Shown: one piece after another, positions 12,565 to 25,588 of the stretch
How the letters are laid out: every line of letters starts with the position of its first letter
How positions within the stretch are numbered: position 1 is the first letter of the stretch
Assembly (NCBI GenBank): GCA_016748015.1
Contig: JAAOMT010000718.1
Span: 1 to 64,000 of the forward strand
DNA: 64,000 bases
From: Geosiphon pyriformis uo1
Taxonomy: Eukaryota; Fungi; Glomeromycota
Reading direction: 5' to 3'
Notes under the pieces: generated by a model
Database searches by the model: none
Seen by the model: only the letters and a program-made list of their open reading frames with translations
What the model was told of the DNA's origin: nothing
Translations under genes and position numbers: made by a program

Positions 12565-15500
12565 TTTTATTTTTATTTAATGCAATTAATGAATGAAATC
12601 CAACTGCTATCTAGTACATAAAACCAAACTAAGAGGCTTAAACTAAATGCAGCTCACGCACTTTCTACATGTGGCTAGCCACTTGGGCCAGACAAGACAA
12701 CATTACACACCTAAAAGAACACATAGACTACTATTCAAACCAAAGAAAAGGAGACAAGACCTACGATGGCCAAAACTAACAGCAAAAGAGCTAATAATGC
12801 CAAGCATTCTCACCACCTTGCCAGACAACAAAGAGCTCATGCAACAAGACAAACCAGAAATCAATGTGTCATCACCAACCAAACCCACCACCTCTATTTT
12901 CACTTTGTACGCAGACCTCACCAACCAGGCCTTTGAGCAATACAACTCAACAAAATGCCCAACAAAACCAACTATAATATTAACAGTCTCTTTTTTACTC
13001 TCGAGAACCCCCATAGCCTCTGCACACCAATTTCTTAGCACAAACCCCTTACATAAGACAGAATACAAGCCAATGTCCAAAAAACACTGTTTAAGAGACC
13101 ACAAAATAGTAGAAGACAACAAGCTACAAGATTCAGCAAATAACATCCAGTCAACAGAAGCAGCAGCCAAAATCTCCGTGTCATGGAAACATGTAAAAAC
13201 ATGATCTGACAACTCCACCTCACAACACAGCAAACACAGCACACCAGAGTAACATTTATTATACAGCTATTTCCTCACTGCCATAGGCATCTGATGGTGC
13301 ACAGCCTTTATCAAGTAGGTGTGAAGACAAGAAAACCTCCAACTAGTAAAACCAGCAAGCATATGTGAATTAGGATACCACACCCTAATGGTAGTTTCCC
13401 AATCAACAGTTTTAGTCAACATAGCAGGAATCACGTCTTGACCAGGACCTGTTTCCCACCGAGCATGACAAATAGATTTAAACAAATCCTGAACAAAATA
13501 ACAAGTATTGCCAGACACAGGTGTGTTTTCAGCAACCAAAAAATGCTCACTAACACCAACAGGCAAAGAAAATTGAGAGAGAGCAGCATTCCCAGCAGCA
13601 GCATCTACCCTAACATTGCCATAAACCCCAGAATGTCCTTTAACCTTGACCCAATGAACAGAAAAATTCTTGTCATGAACCAAATTAAAAATCCGGCATC
13701 TCTTCAACCAACACAAGAAGCGGAAATTAGGCACAGATAATGACATTTCAAAAACACATGCATCAATGGCCACCTGACTATCAGAATACAATACAACAGA
13801 ACAAGAAGAAGGAATGCACTTCAAAGCCAAAGCAATGGCATGCAGTTTAGCCATAGTAGAAGACAACAGCCCAAGAACCCTAATGCCAACACTCAAATCA
13901 ATTGCAGGAAAATAAGCAGCCGCTCCACTGACTATATCAGCATGACCATAATTCTTAACAGAACCATCCGTAAAAACCTCAAAAAAACCAGACCAAATCT
14001 CATGCAACCCATCCTGAACAACAGAAAACTTCTTGGTATCCAAAACGCTCAAACTAAAAGGACAAGCAGACTTCACAGAGATGGCCATAGAAGTGCCCTT
14101 ATCACAAAGAAATTCAGACACCACCTTAAACCAGTAAGGAGCAGGACCTCTTGGATCCAGTCTTTTCCAGTGCCGAAAAGTCTTCCAACTCATAACATGC
14201 TCTTTTTTGTCAAACAGTCTATCACCAAAAGCCACACCAAACCACTTTAATGAACAAACAAAATTGAAGAATAGAGAACCCCCCAGAATAGAAGACATAG
14301 GAAAGTAACCAGAACTACAGAATGCATTGGGCAAATTATTGGCCAGAGACAGCTCATTACACAGAAAAATCCTAATCACACCAGCCAGAAAATTATTTAC
14401 AGAATTAACAAACAATCTAACAGGAAACTGTAAAGAGTTTAGAGGAGACCACCCCAGAACCTGCAAATCAAGAAACCTATGTTCAAACAAACGTTTAAGA
14501 ACACCAAAAAAATTGGAAAATAAGATCAAGGCAGCCAACTTTTTTTCAGACTGCACCTGTTTAAAAGACTTTAGGCCGTACAAAGAGAGATGACACAAAG
14601 CCTCAGTGGGGAAATCACAAGGCAAACCAGCTTTGAACTTAAGACCCTTTCTCAACATCATATCTCATTTGCAGCATACAGATGATGAAACAAAGCTGAA
14701 TTGAATGTGATAGCTAACAATAGGCTGCAAGACAACCAACACCAAATATGAGAACTGCTTGTCAGTAATAGTCTTTCTAAGAACCACATTAGTAAAAAAA
14801 CAAACATCAAAATGTGCCTTGGCCAGACTTGGCTTTAAAAGCCCATCAGTAGATAGAAAGATTCTCAGATAACAATGAGCCTTACCCTTTTTAGCAATTG
14901 AGATAAAAAGACCACTAATATACAAAGAAACAACCCTAACACCCTGATTGATCGGAATGGCCACAGTTTTTTTATTGTTAATAAAAATGTCATTAAGGAC
15001 AAAAAACCCACTTGCAATGTCCAAAATATTCTGAGTAGCAGTTTGACAGTTTCCAACCCATATTGTATCATCAACAAAAGCACCAGCTGCAAAATAAGAA
15101 GAGAACTCACTACTGCTCTCAATATGGCCTAACCTCGAAATGAACCTGGAATCTATTCAGTATCCAAAAAACTGTTCATGCCTTTTAACCTCACACAGAA
15201 GTGGATCATAAAAAATTCTTCACAAGAGGGGTGAGAAGACTTCACCCTGATCCAACCCATCATGCACCACATAACCATTTGAAAGCCCAAAGTCCATCAT
15301 TACTCTGTTAACTCTATTCTTATGGATGTTACCAAAAAATAACACAAATCTCTCACACATTTTGATACACTATAAACTTGCCCTCAAGTGGTGCCATCCA
15401 ACCAAGTCGTATACTTTGTGCATATTCTGCAAGACCAACCAAACCTCTCTGTTCTTTTTAAAGGCATCCTCAATCACAGACCCAATTGCAAACACCAGAG

Positions 15501-18500
15501 ATTGCATAGAAGTACCCTTAAGCACCAAGAAATTATCATCTCGAAGAACACCGAACTTGCTGCATGCCAAAGAAATACGATTTAACAAAATCTTGAAGAG
15601 AATCTTCCTGGCCGTCTTGATAAGAGCAATGGCTTGAGTGTTCGTGAGAATTCCATCCCAGTCATAAGGTTTAGGGATCATGGAAACCCAAGCTCTTTTC
15701 CACAAAATGGGCACATTCCCTACAGTTAAACATGAATTCAGCAAACCCAAAAGACACTTCAACACCATGTCACCACAGTGCTTCCACAACTCATTAGGAA
15801 TACCAGACAGACCAGCAGTCTTGCCATCAGGTAAATTGTTAACCACCAAAAGCAACTCATTTATATTGATCGAACACATCACACCTGAAAAAGCATCATC
15901 CCTTACATAATCTAATGGAGCATACTGACAAGCCCAGATGTCAGGCACAACCAAAGGCACCATTCTCTTCCTAGTCCAGCCTTCCATAATTTCATCAACA
16001 CCAAGTTTTATCAAACCTGGCTCCAACACCAATTCATCATTAACAACCAAATAATTGAGAACTACCTTGCAGAAAGGCCAATTCAACACACTTCTAATCA
16101 TCACATCCTTATCAGAACAAAATTTTTCCATGCAGCACTCAATGGCCTTTCAAACAGAAGCTTCTTCAGCCAACTTTGATTTATACATTTTGGATTTCCT
16201 GTATTCTTTTCGAAATAATGACAATTGTTTTAAGACATCTAAAGACTTACCACCAATCTAGATCATATTAGCAATCATGGCAGCCTTACCACTATCCAGT
16301 TTGGCCCAAACATTGATAAGCTGATTGACTCTTCACAAATCGCCCAATTCCAGCTTTTTAACAACTTTAGCAACTAACAGTTCTAATCTGAAAAACTTAG
16401 AAGAGAATTTGTTCCTAGAACACTAAAACTTACTGAACCAATGTCTCGAAAATATCTTATCTGCTGAATCCACCAACACCTTTTCCAAAAGTACCCACAT
16501 GCCATCCACATCAGCACAAGCCAGAGTGTCTGAAAACTCACCAGACACAACCAAAAGCTTGGCAGAAGCGCAGTCCCTAAACCGAGACTATTTGGTCTTA
16601 TTAGCAGCCTTAATGAGAAACTTTCAGCAATCCTTGTTAGCTTGCTTGGGCAAGCTATTTAACCAGCCATCTAAGAGACCACCCAAACCAACAGAAACAG
16701 AAACCACACAATAATCAGTGTCAAAAAAGGCAGAAACAGAGCCGACCCCATGGCCAGTAATGGCAGAAGCCAAACTCTCACTAACAAAAATGAAATCAAT
16801 AGTCTTTTCGACTCCCTTAAAGTTGCTCCATGTAGAAGTACTGACCAAAGGATGGCCAGCCAACAAATTGACCAAACCCAACTCCAAACAGAATTTGAAA
16901 CTTGCACTTCTTCCAAATCCATTTTTATTGAAATCTCCACCCAAAATAACAAAACAGCTGGAGTTAACAGCCTTAGCAATAACAGAATTCACTTCAAAAG
17001 CCTGGCCAAAACGAGTTCCAGAAGATGCACCTGCATACAAACCAACAACAGACACTGAAAGCTTATTCTTGAATAAGAGACGCACTACCATGACATGATG
17101 TTACTTATAGAATATAGGAAATATAGTATTATTAGTCAGTAGATATTAGCCAATCAGATGTAAACGTAGTAAATGTGGAATTCCAAGATTCCTCTTAGAG
17201 GAATTGCAGAATTCCAGAAATTTTAGAATTCTCCGACAAGAAATCGCAGGATTCCAGAATTCCAGGATTCCTCTCATCAGAAATTGCAAAATTCCAGGAA
17301 TTCCAGGATTCCTGTCACAAGAAATTGAGGAATTGAGGAATCTCAAATATGTATATATAGCAGTAGCATTAGAAGCAGAAAAGACAGAATCAACACCAAG
17401 AATTCTTAACTTAGTTACCACAATCCTTAAATAAATAATTATTCACTATATCAAATTCATTCTCCACTATCAACACTTCATGTTGATAATAACTAATACT
17501 TAACTATACTGGAACAATAGCTCTTGATCATGGCTATTGATAGAATACTAACTTGCAAATTGCCTTGGCTTATTTCTTATTTTCTCTTTATCTTTTTTTA
17601 TTTTCTTTGTTGTTTACTAACTTGATTAAAGGATTTACTCTTGGAGGACTTACAAAGGAATAAAGCTTACTAAAAAAAATACTTACTTTTGGAAGACTTA
17701 CGAAGGAATAAACTTGCTTAAACAACACTTACTCTTGAAGGACTTATGGAGGAACTGACGTCAGGAAACCATACTGGTATACACTTATAGAAGATATCAT
17801 ACCAGGAGAATCATCAACCATCAAGCTGAGCAAGCAATTGGCAAAACTATGGTGCCAGGAAACTACTAATAAACTGTTACCATTGAATCTCTGTCCATTA
17901 TACAAAGAATTCAATTAAAAAACCTTCAGATTATCATCATCACCAATCATCTTAAGCACCCAGTTATGGGTTTGTTATTTACTCGACACCCCAAAAAATC
18001 ACTTGTAACAATGACCAGGAATTTCCTCAATCTTAGCGACATGACAGGCCAAGGAGTTGGCCATAATAATAGCCACCCCAGCACCAAGAAAACCCTTATC
18101 CAATTCCGAAGAAAAAATTTGCACACTGTCAAATTTATTCGCAATCTATGGCCTAGTTGAAGATCTTAACTTTGTTTCTGTGATGATCAAAATCAAATTT
18201 CCAGAATCAAAATGCCAGCACACAATATCCTCTTGTTTAGCAGGAATGTTGATGCCATGAACGTTACATGTAGCCATCTTCCAAACCAAGTCACTCATTG
18301 GAACAAAGAGGCCAAAGACAAACCCGAACCAGAACACAAGAGATCTAACCTCACCAGAATTGAACTAAATGAAGTCTCTAAAGCAAACATCTTAGATTCC
18401 AAACCACCCACCTTGGAGGTAAGAACTTTTGAACCATTTGAACTGAGAACATTAGCAGACTTACTACTACCAGAAAAGGGAGAATCAGCTGAAGCCAACA

Positions 18501-20273
18501 CATTATCCAGAGCCATATCCAAATTCACAACTGGAGCCGAAGGCACAGAAATAGCCAAAGAAGGGGCACAAGAAGGAGCCATTAATAGCACCAGTTTAAT
18601 GAAACTCAATTTTTTAAGAATAACAGAAACTTGATCTGAAAGAATCTTCAAAGAGCACTCTAATACCGCCAAACAATCATTTAGACCCACAATCTGATGA
18701 CTAGAAGAGCTCACAATGGGAGGCATGCTACCAGAAAACAAACCAGAACTGGAAAGAGAGCCACTAGAAAAAGAGGCACTAAACACCACTTAAGCCCATG
18801 ATTTGCCACCAAAGACAGTAGGGCGAGAGATGGAAACATTTTTCTTGGCATACAATCTTGTCAGCTGAAGATAATTCACACCAAGAAAAGATCTTTTCAA
18901 CAATTTGGAAGATATAAGAGGTAGAATATCAGAGGCATCGCACTCCAGGACTGAATGACCAAAATGCCCACACTTCCCACACTGAACCAAATCTAACCTA
19001 GCCCAAGAAAGACGAATGCCACCGAAAATAGGCTCAGTGAGAAAAGCAAATTCCAACTCCTCATTAGATTCAAAACCAATCACAGCACAATGAAACCTAT
19101 TGCTGGTTTCCAATGAACAATTGATAATGTAAGTTCTTCCTCCAGCCTTTTTCAAAAGGGTACCAAGATCATGTGCAGTCATTCTCACTGGCAAAGTAAA
19201 CAACAGCACCCTAAACTGATCTCTTGATGTCCAGACATTGCGATCTCCCACAGCTTTGGCAACACATACTGAATCTTTCCCGATCAGAAATGACCATTTT
19301 GACACCAGTAAATTGGCTTGACTTGATTTAGCAAACTCCCCACAGCCTTTTGCCACATACTGATTAATTGAATTCTGATTGACTTAATTTCACTAAACTC
19401 AGTGACTACAGTGACAATTATATTCTTAGGCGTGTTCATGGGAATTTTTTTGATCACCACAGCCCAATCTGAACACACTCCTTGTTTTTTGAGATCAGTA
19501 TTTACGATGATCTTATTTTCTCTGGCCAATGATATGACCATTTCCATGCTCTTTTCTAATATAAATGTTGATCTGATGATCCCTTCAAATTTTGAGAAAG
19601 TAGTGGCCTTCCCAAAACCATTAATTGTTGAGAAAATTTTTCTAATTAACCAAGTCTTAGCCATTGCCAATTCACTTTCCACAGCTGAAAGACTAATATC
19701 CAAAGCAAATGACTTTTTAACTGACACTTCCACAGGAGTCTTGATAATTTTAGAGTTGATCCATTTTTTCTCTAAAAAGATAGGCAAGCAAAGAGGAAGC
19801 ACAACTTCATCATCATCCATATGAAAATTAAGAGAGCCAAGTGGAGAACCAAAACCAGCACCAGTGTTAACTCACTTTGGCTTGGGTGTAGTAGCCGCTG
19901 AACCCAAAAAAAACTCACCATCTATCCCAGACATGCTAACATTTTCATTCTTACCAGAAAGACTTTCCACATCAGAATACACACTACCACTAGATCTAGC
20001 TTTGCTCAAGGATATATCTTTTTCATCACCAGAATGTTTCACATTACCAAGAACAACTTTTTTCTTCTGAGAAAAGGAACCACCAGCAGAATCTTGAAAA
20101 GCACCCTTAGGAGCCTTCTTCTTAGGTGTGGTGCTACTAGCAGTAGTCTCCATATCCATGAAAAATGGGTTGCTATTAGGTAAAGAAATATTGATATAGA
20201 CTAAAAAAACAAAAAACTTCTTTTTCTAGAAAATGTGCTTTTTGGAAATTTGTGGAGATAAGAAAGAAAGAAG
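12565..20273 (-). mobile_element. LINE copy C, near full length, interrupted in its APE domain by a solo LTR
   Basis: ORF1 from 20159 (CGKCGHFGHSVLEC knuckle); ORF2 from 18298 (MSDLVWKMATCNVHG) with AFVDDT, FTDGS and KVKGHSG to a stop at 12703. Confidence 0.94.
17099..18010 (+). mobile_element. Solo LTR (912 bp), related to the LTRs of the inner Gypsy element
   Basis: TGTTAC...GTAACA termini; perfect 4-bp TSD ATGA (17095-17098 and 18011-18014); removing it restores LINE codons P-G-H-V-M-V; the first ~500 bp align with 38599 onward. Confidence 0.93.
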
Positions 20274-21297
20274 TTTTTTTTTTTTAATTTAATTAAAATA
20301 TAGAATTAATATTTTTAATTAAATTAAACAATTATAAACTTCAATATAATTTAAAAAAAAAATTTATCATAATGTTAATATTTTTGTTAATAATTATTTT
20401 GGTTTTTTATTTAAGTATTTTTTTATATTACTGTAAATTTCGAAAAAAAATTATTATTTAACAAATAATTTTGGATATTTTTAAAATAATTAAGACTAAT
20501 ATTAAATTAAGTTTTTTGGCAAATAGAATTATTATAATTTTAGCAGTAAATGGTTTTTTTATTAACATAAATTTTATTTTTAAAATATTAATTAATATTA
20601 ATTCTTTTTTATTTATAAATCTAAGTTGAATTATTAAAAAAAAATTATGCAATTTGGCAAACACTTTTTTGTTAAACAGCCACAATTGTATTTTATTTTC
20701 AAAAAATAAAGAGTTTTTTGTATTTATTCATATTTTTATTATTTATTACAATACAATTTTATCTAGAAATATCTTTAGTAAAATAAATTTATGCTTTTAT
20801 TAAAATTAATAGAATTAATGTATATTTGTTTGTAAATTTCATAGGTAATTCTTTCTTTATCCAAATATTTTTGAATAACTTTGGTGCCAGATACTTTGAA
20901 AACATAAAAAGCAATCTTTTCATTTTGTTTACTTTTCAAAATACTTCTGATTGTGCTGTAGTTTTTCGGTTCCATGGTGGACTCGATGTAAATTAGTTTC
21001 ATAGTTTCATATTCATATTATATAGGGATAGTCCTTTGTGTTGAAAAATCAATCCAAATGACCATCATACAATATGATGTTACTGTAAACCACTTAGCCC
21101 CAACATGTATAGAAGAGTTTGGCTTTTTTTTTCCTGCTCGCGAACCACAAAACTACAGTATTTTTCAATACTACAGCTGAAAGGCTCAAACTAAAAATAC
21201 AATTGACAAAAGGAAAAATCGCATTCAGATCCCTCACTTTCAACCCTCAGCTGGTAATCAATTGCCAACTTGTTCAGCCTAGCAACACATTCAACAG

Positions 21298-23510
21298 CTA
21301 ATCGTCATTTGAATCTGAAGATGAAAAGTCTCTTCGTGGCTTGAGCGTTCTGGCGTTTTTCCCAGTCCCAGCCTTCGTCGGCGTCACCTGAATGTCCTTG
21401 AACATGTATTGCTTAAGATTTGTAGAGGTGCAGCCTCTGTGTCGGTCTTTCACCATCTTCATGCTGGCAGACACTTTCAATTTCGCCAACCTCTCCGCCG
21501 TGGCAACAATACTCATCTGTGGGAGTAGAATAAGGATGAGTCAGCTCAAACCAGCAGAGGGCAAGTTTAATTATTAGCAAATTACCCTCAAATCCCAGAG
21601 CAAAGGTAAAAGAGGTAGCAATTGTGTCTTGTCTTCCCAAGTAATAGGAAGTATACCGCTTCCCAAGAGTCCCATCCGATACACTCCTTTCACTGGGAGA
21701 TCTATAGTCCATATTTCAACATTCAGGCCTGATAAACAGGAAGTTAAATATTGATCAATGTGTTACTATAACAAGTCCCAATCCACTTACCGTGAGTGTG
21801 GAAAAAAAAAATTTGCACGTATCGCATTTGTGCAAAGCTTCCACTGCTGAAGTCAGGGCCCACGATGATGTCATTGAGGAGATCTCTCATAGACCAAAGC
21901 CCACGGACGTGGTCTTTGATATATCGAGGAAGATCTGCCGTTTGCGGGCCCCCTGAGAGTTCCACTATTCCAACTTCTGTTCCTCCCGACGTGAAGAGGC
22001 CGTCCACTTTCTGGCCAAGAGGTCGGTCTTCGTCTTCACGTGGGTGGCGCCGTAATACTCGCTGGCGCGCGCTCGAATCAGAGAAGATTTCGCCTCTGTA
22101 AAAGGTGAGTTGCTTGTTAATAAATGATATCATCAGATAGACGTGAATTTCAATTATACTGACGGATGATATTCCTGCTTGTTGCCAGTCCCAGTCGTTA
22201 GAAGATTCAGTATCGGATGAACTAGCAGAGTCCCAAGTGTTGATTCTTGGGCACGCCGGCTCCGGAGGGCTGTCCCCGACATGAAGATTGTCCTAACACT
22301 TGCCACGATGAAGTTTAGAAAAAAAATATAAAGCATGAGGATAGAATGCTGAGACCGAGCACAAGTGTACGAAACACCTACTAAAAATCCAATATATCGA
22401 GATAGAATTTGAATTGAGAATCCAGCTCGTTTGGCTTTCGTTCCTCTAACAGAGACTTTTCCAAATCGCTAGGCGATTCCTGTTGTTTGAAGGAGACTTT
22501 AATTCAATCAATAGTTGACCAAACACACTGCAGTCGTTGGAAGACTCACCGCCTGCGCCAGTAAGAAAAGAATCTTTTCACATTTGTCAGTCATGATATT
22601 GCGTGGGAGTGGCAAGGAACGCTGAAAGTATGACCAGTCCTCGCGTTTGATAGATTCTGGACGTCGAACACCCTCGCCCAGCCGAATGACGCTAAATCGA
22701 CTTGGACTGCAAGGGGAAATCGTTTCAAATATAATAGAAGATGAAATAGCAGCATCTATTTACTGCAACATCATTACTCACTGATAACGGTGGGCATTTT
22801 TTGGCAGAGTCCGTATGACATCTTTGCCGAACCGTCCTGAAGGCAGCTCCCAGACGTCACTTGAACTTTTTTGAGTCGGATAAATAACGTGTTCCAATTC
22901 CTCGGGTTCAGAGTTTTCTGAGTCTTCTTTTGATATGAGATGCGATTCCAATGTAATAAACCCCTCCTCATCGTCTAGCTCATCATCCAATTCTTCGTCT
23001 AGTCCTCTGGCTATATCAACAACTCCAGTAGACTCAGCACCGAGAGATTCTTGAGTCTGCATCAAGGAATTAAAACAATTAATCAATGAGCAGGCTGATC
23101 TTATCGAGGAAAGAAAATTGATGATTGATACCTCTTTGTCCACATCATCTTTCGAGAAAGGCAACTCTCTATCCTCCATTTTTTGCTTCTTCTTTATATG
23201 CGTCACATTTTCCTCTAACTAAATATGAAAGAAAAGCACTTGAATAAAGCGAATAATTTGATTTATGCTAAAATCTGTGAATGATACCTCAGATTCAGAA
23301 TGTAATGGCTCCGAGAACATTGTCTCATTGAGCTTTTCTTGGAAATTGAGGACTTGATTGCTTGCATTTCGCAAGGTAGCATGTTTATGCTTTTTCTGTA
23401 ATGCAAATATAAATCAGTAATAATTATAATCTCTATAAACCACAGAAGGATTGAACATACTAGCTTACGATAATATGTTTAGCCTGATGGGTTTTTCGTT
23501 CCTCATACAT
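21298..23510 (-). CDS. Intact 10-exon hypothetical protein (about 522 aa) with a C-terminal PD-(D/E)xK/restriction-endonuclease-like domain
   Basis: Exons 23510-23469, 23395-23288, 23218-23132, 23056-22782, 22706-22550, 22479-22382, 22298-22164, 22095-21791, 21728-21586 and 21516-21298, all GT-AG with consistent phases (1569 nt). Motif order E(STL)...GE...S..R...GQKVDG...EVGIVELSG...KD. The true start may lie further upstream; the domain call is inference. Confidence 0.75.
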
Positions 23511-23711
23511 TTTACTTCTCTGTGTTATTTTGTACTTGCGTCGACTTGAGGCATGTTAATGGAAGAATGAGTTTTTGAAAATAGGGAAGTGTATTAAGAC
23601 AACATACCGAGTTTGCATCTACCGAGGACAACGAACTTTGTTATAGAAAGATTAGTATGGAAATCTCAATATCATTAATTTATAGTTGCATAACAGCACA
23701 TATAAAACTAG

Positions 23712-23978
23712 GTGTTGCTGCTACATGACTTAGGGTGTATCAGAACCCGGGGCTTCAATTCGACACCCGCGTTTAGGTGGAAGCGTACCCTGTAGTCATG
23801 CTCTGTCCTTTAGCAGGGGCAGACGGTTGGAAAGAAATACAACCAACTGAAAGCAGAACCGCAGCAACTGTACACCTTAGGGGAAGTTGCTACACTGGCA
23901 ATCCCCGGGGCTTCAATTCGACACCCGCGTTTAGGTGGAAGCGTACCCCGTAGGTATGTACCCAGGTTTCTGCGGCAT
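23712..23978 (+). repeat. Two 50-nt direct repeats (49/50 identical, 158 nt apart) set in covarying stems; candidate structured ncRNA
   Basis: CCCGGGGCTTCAATTCGACACCCGCGTTTAGGTGGAAGCGTACCCYGTAG at 23746-23795 and 23904-23953. Confidence 0.8.
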
Positions 23979-24111
23979 TATAAAAGATAAAAAAAACATA
24001 TACTTGGGATGATTTTCAGGAAAAGCTGGCGCGCCATAATCTTCCAGTATGCTGACAACAAATAGGTAGAACACGCGTCGATTGTTGATATATACACGCT
24101 CCGGTTATTGG

Positions 24112-24119
24112 TGACGTCA
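24112..24119. promoter_or_regulatory. CRE/ATF palindrome TGACGTCA in the CpG-rich divergent promoter, about 100 bp upstream of ATG5
   Basis: Perfect palindrome; ACGCGT (24073-24078) and GGCGCGCC nearby; function not shown. Confidence 0.35.
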
Positions 24120-24218
24120 AATGGTTACTTTGTCTGGTTTTATTCAAGAATCAAAATCTAAAAATAACAAAGATTTTCATAAATTGAATAACGGTCGATA
24201 AATTTTTTTACTCAGAGA

Positions 24219-25588
24219 ATGTCTTCGGCACCACAAAACCCAATAACCAGAGCTATTTGGGATGGTACTTTGCCCATTAAATTCTCTCTAGACTCCACTG
24301 AAGCAGCAGCATTAGGGGCCAAAACAATAATAGAACCATATTTTGTAAGTCTGTAAAACTACGTAAATTTTCTTGTGACTTAAAAAATAACGTTTTTTTA
24401 TTCACATGATAGGCAGAAGCTCCACGATGTTCCTATTTTCCTTTATTAACAAGTCAAATTAGGAAATATTTTGTTGATATGGCACTTCAATTTATAGCCG
24501 ATGATGCCGAGATTTGGTATGATGTTGATGGGACTCCTTTGAAGTGGTGAGCTAGTATAATTGTTATATAATTGAATGCCACTGAAAAAAATCATTTGTC
24601 TTAATTGCCTTTCTATAAGTCCATAATGCAATTCTTTGTTCTAATTAAAAAAAGGCACTATCCGATTGGGCTTTTGTATGATTTGCATACCGGATATAGA
24701 CCAGATTCAAATAGTCCTCCTCCTTTGCCATGGCCAGTCACTGTTCATTTCAAAAACTTCCCAGCTGACAAGTTAATTCGAGCATTGGAAATCGATGCGA
24801 CCCAAGACTTCTTTATGTCAATGATCAAAGAGGTACCCAATTAAAAATTATCACAAATCGAAAAAAGACAAAAATACATCAATTTAATGTTTCCACTTTT
24901 TTTAGGCCGATTTTTTGAGGAATGGTAGCACTAAAAAAGTAATGAATTTATCGAAAAATGACCAGACACAACTTTGGGATGGCCTTTGGTCCAGTATCCA
25001 TTTAATGAGTTTAATTATGATTCTAATTTTCTTAAAATCTGGTTCTTTTCAATTATAATATTCCCTTGATCAAAAAGAATTTTCGCTTTTCATTTTGTCT
25101 CTTTAAAACATAATTCTTAACACGGTGGAATTTCTTTCCTAATATATCTCACGGAAAACTATGATCGGTTTTGGAGTGTGAACTATCGGCTAGTTATGAA
25201 CGACGGACAAATGCCGCGGCATATTCCTTTGAGGATATACTTACCTGAAAATTGCCCCGTAATACAGGAGCCGGTGAATCCTGTTGATGAAAATGGTAAA
25301 TATTTGCAGATAAAGATTCACTAATCTTTACCTATCAAAAGAATCGAGCCTGGTGAAATAAATACCCATGAAAATAATTTTCTAGGTAACCAACTTACTC
25401 TTGGTGACGTTTTACATCAAATACTTCCCGACCTATTCCCATCTTCAGTAGCTGGGGAGAATAACGCAGTTGCAGCACCCGTAATCCATGGCGTTATCCC
25501 ACAGCTGGAAATGCCTATTGTATGGGCATCACAGAATTTATGTTATCCTGATAATTTTTTACATATCGTTGTACTGATGGGCATATGA
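24219..25588 (+). CDS. ATG5: Autophagy protein 5
   Basis: Six exons give RAIWDGTLPI, APRCSYFP, PLKWHYPIGLLYDL, LPWPVTVHF, MIKEADFLRNGS, QLWDGL, RHIPLRIY and YPDNFLHIV. Intron 4 has a non-canonical acceptor (see findings). Confidence 0.95.

Noticed and set aside
17146-17434. ORFs on both strands in the solo LTR
   Set aside because: They arise from the GGAATTCC repeat array and are not kept in the sister LTRs.
20775-21002. 75-aa minus-strand ORF at the edge of an AT belt
   Set aside because: May be an eroded exon, but no recognisable motif or splice partner.
23700-23720. CTAG followed by T on the minus strand after a stem, as a Helitron 3' end
   Set aside because: No matching 5' TC terminus, no typical short subterminal hairpin and no Rep/helicase seen; cannot be supported.
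23746-23953. Two near-identical repeats as a mini CRISPR array
   Set aside because: Only two units, a 108-nt structured spacer, no cas genes, eukaryotic context.
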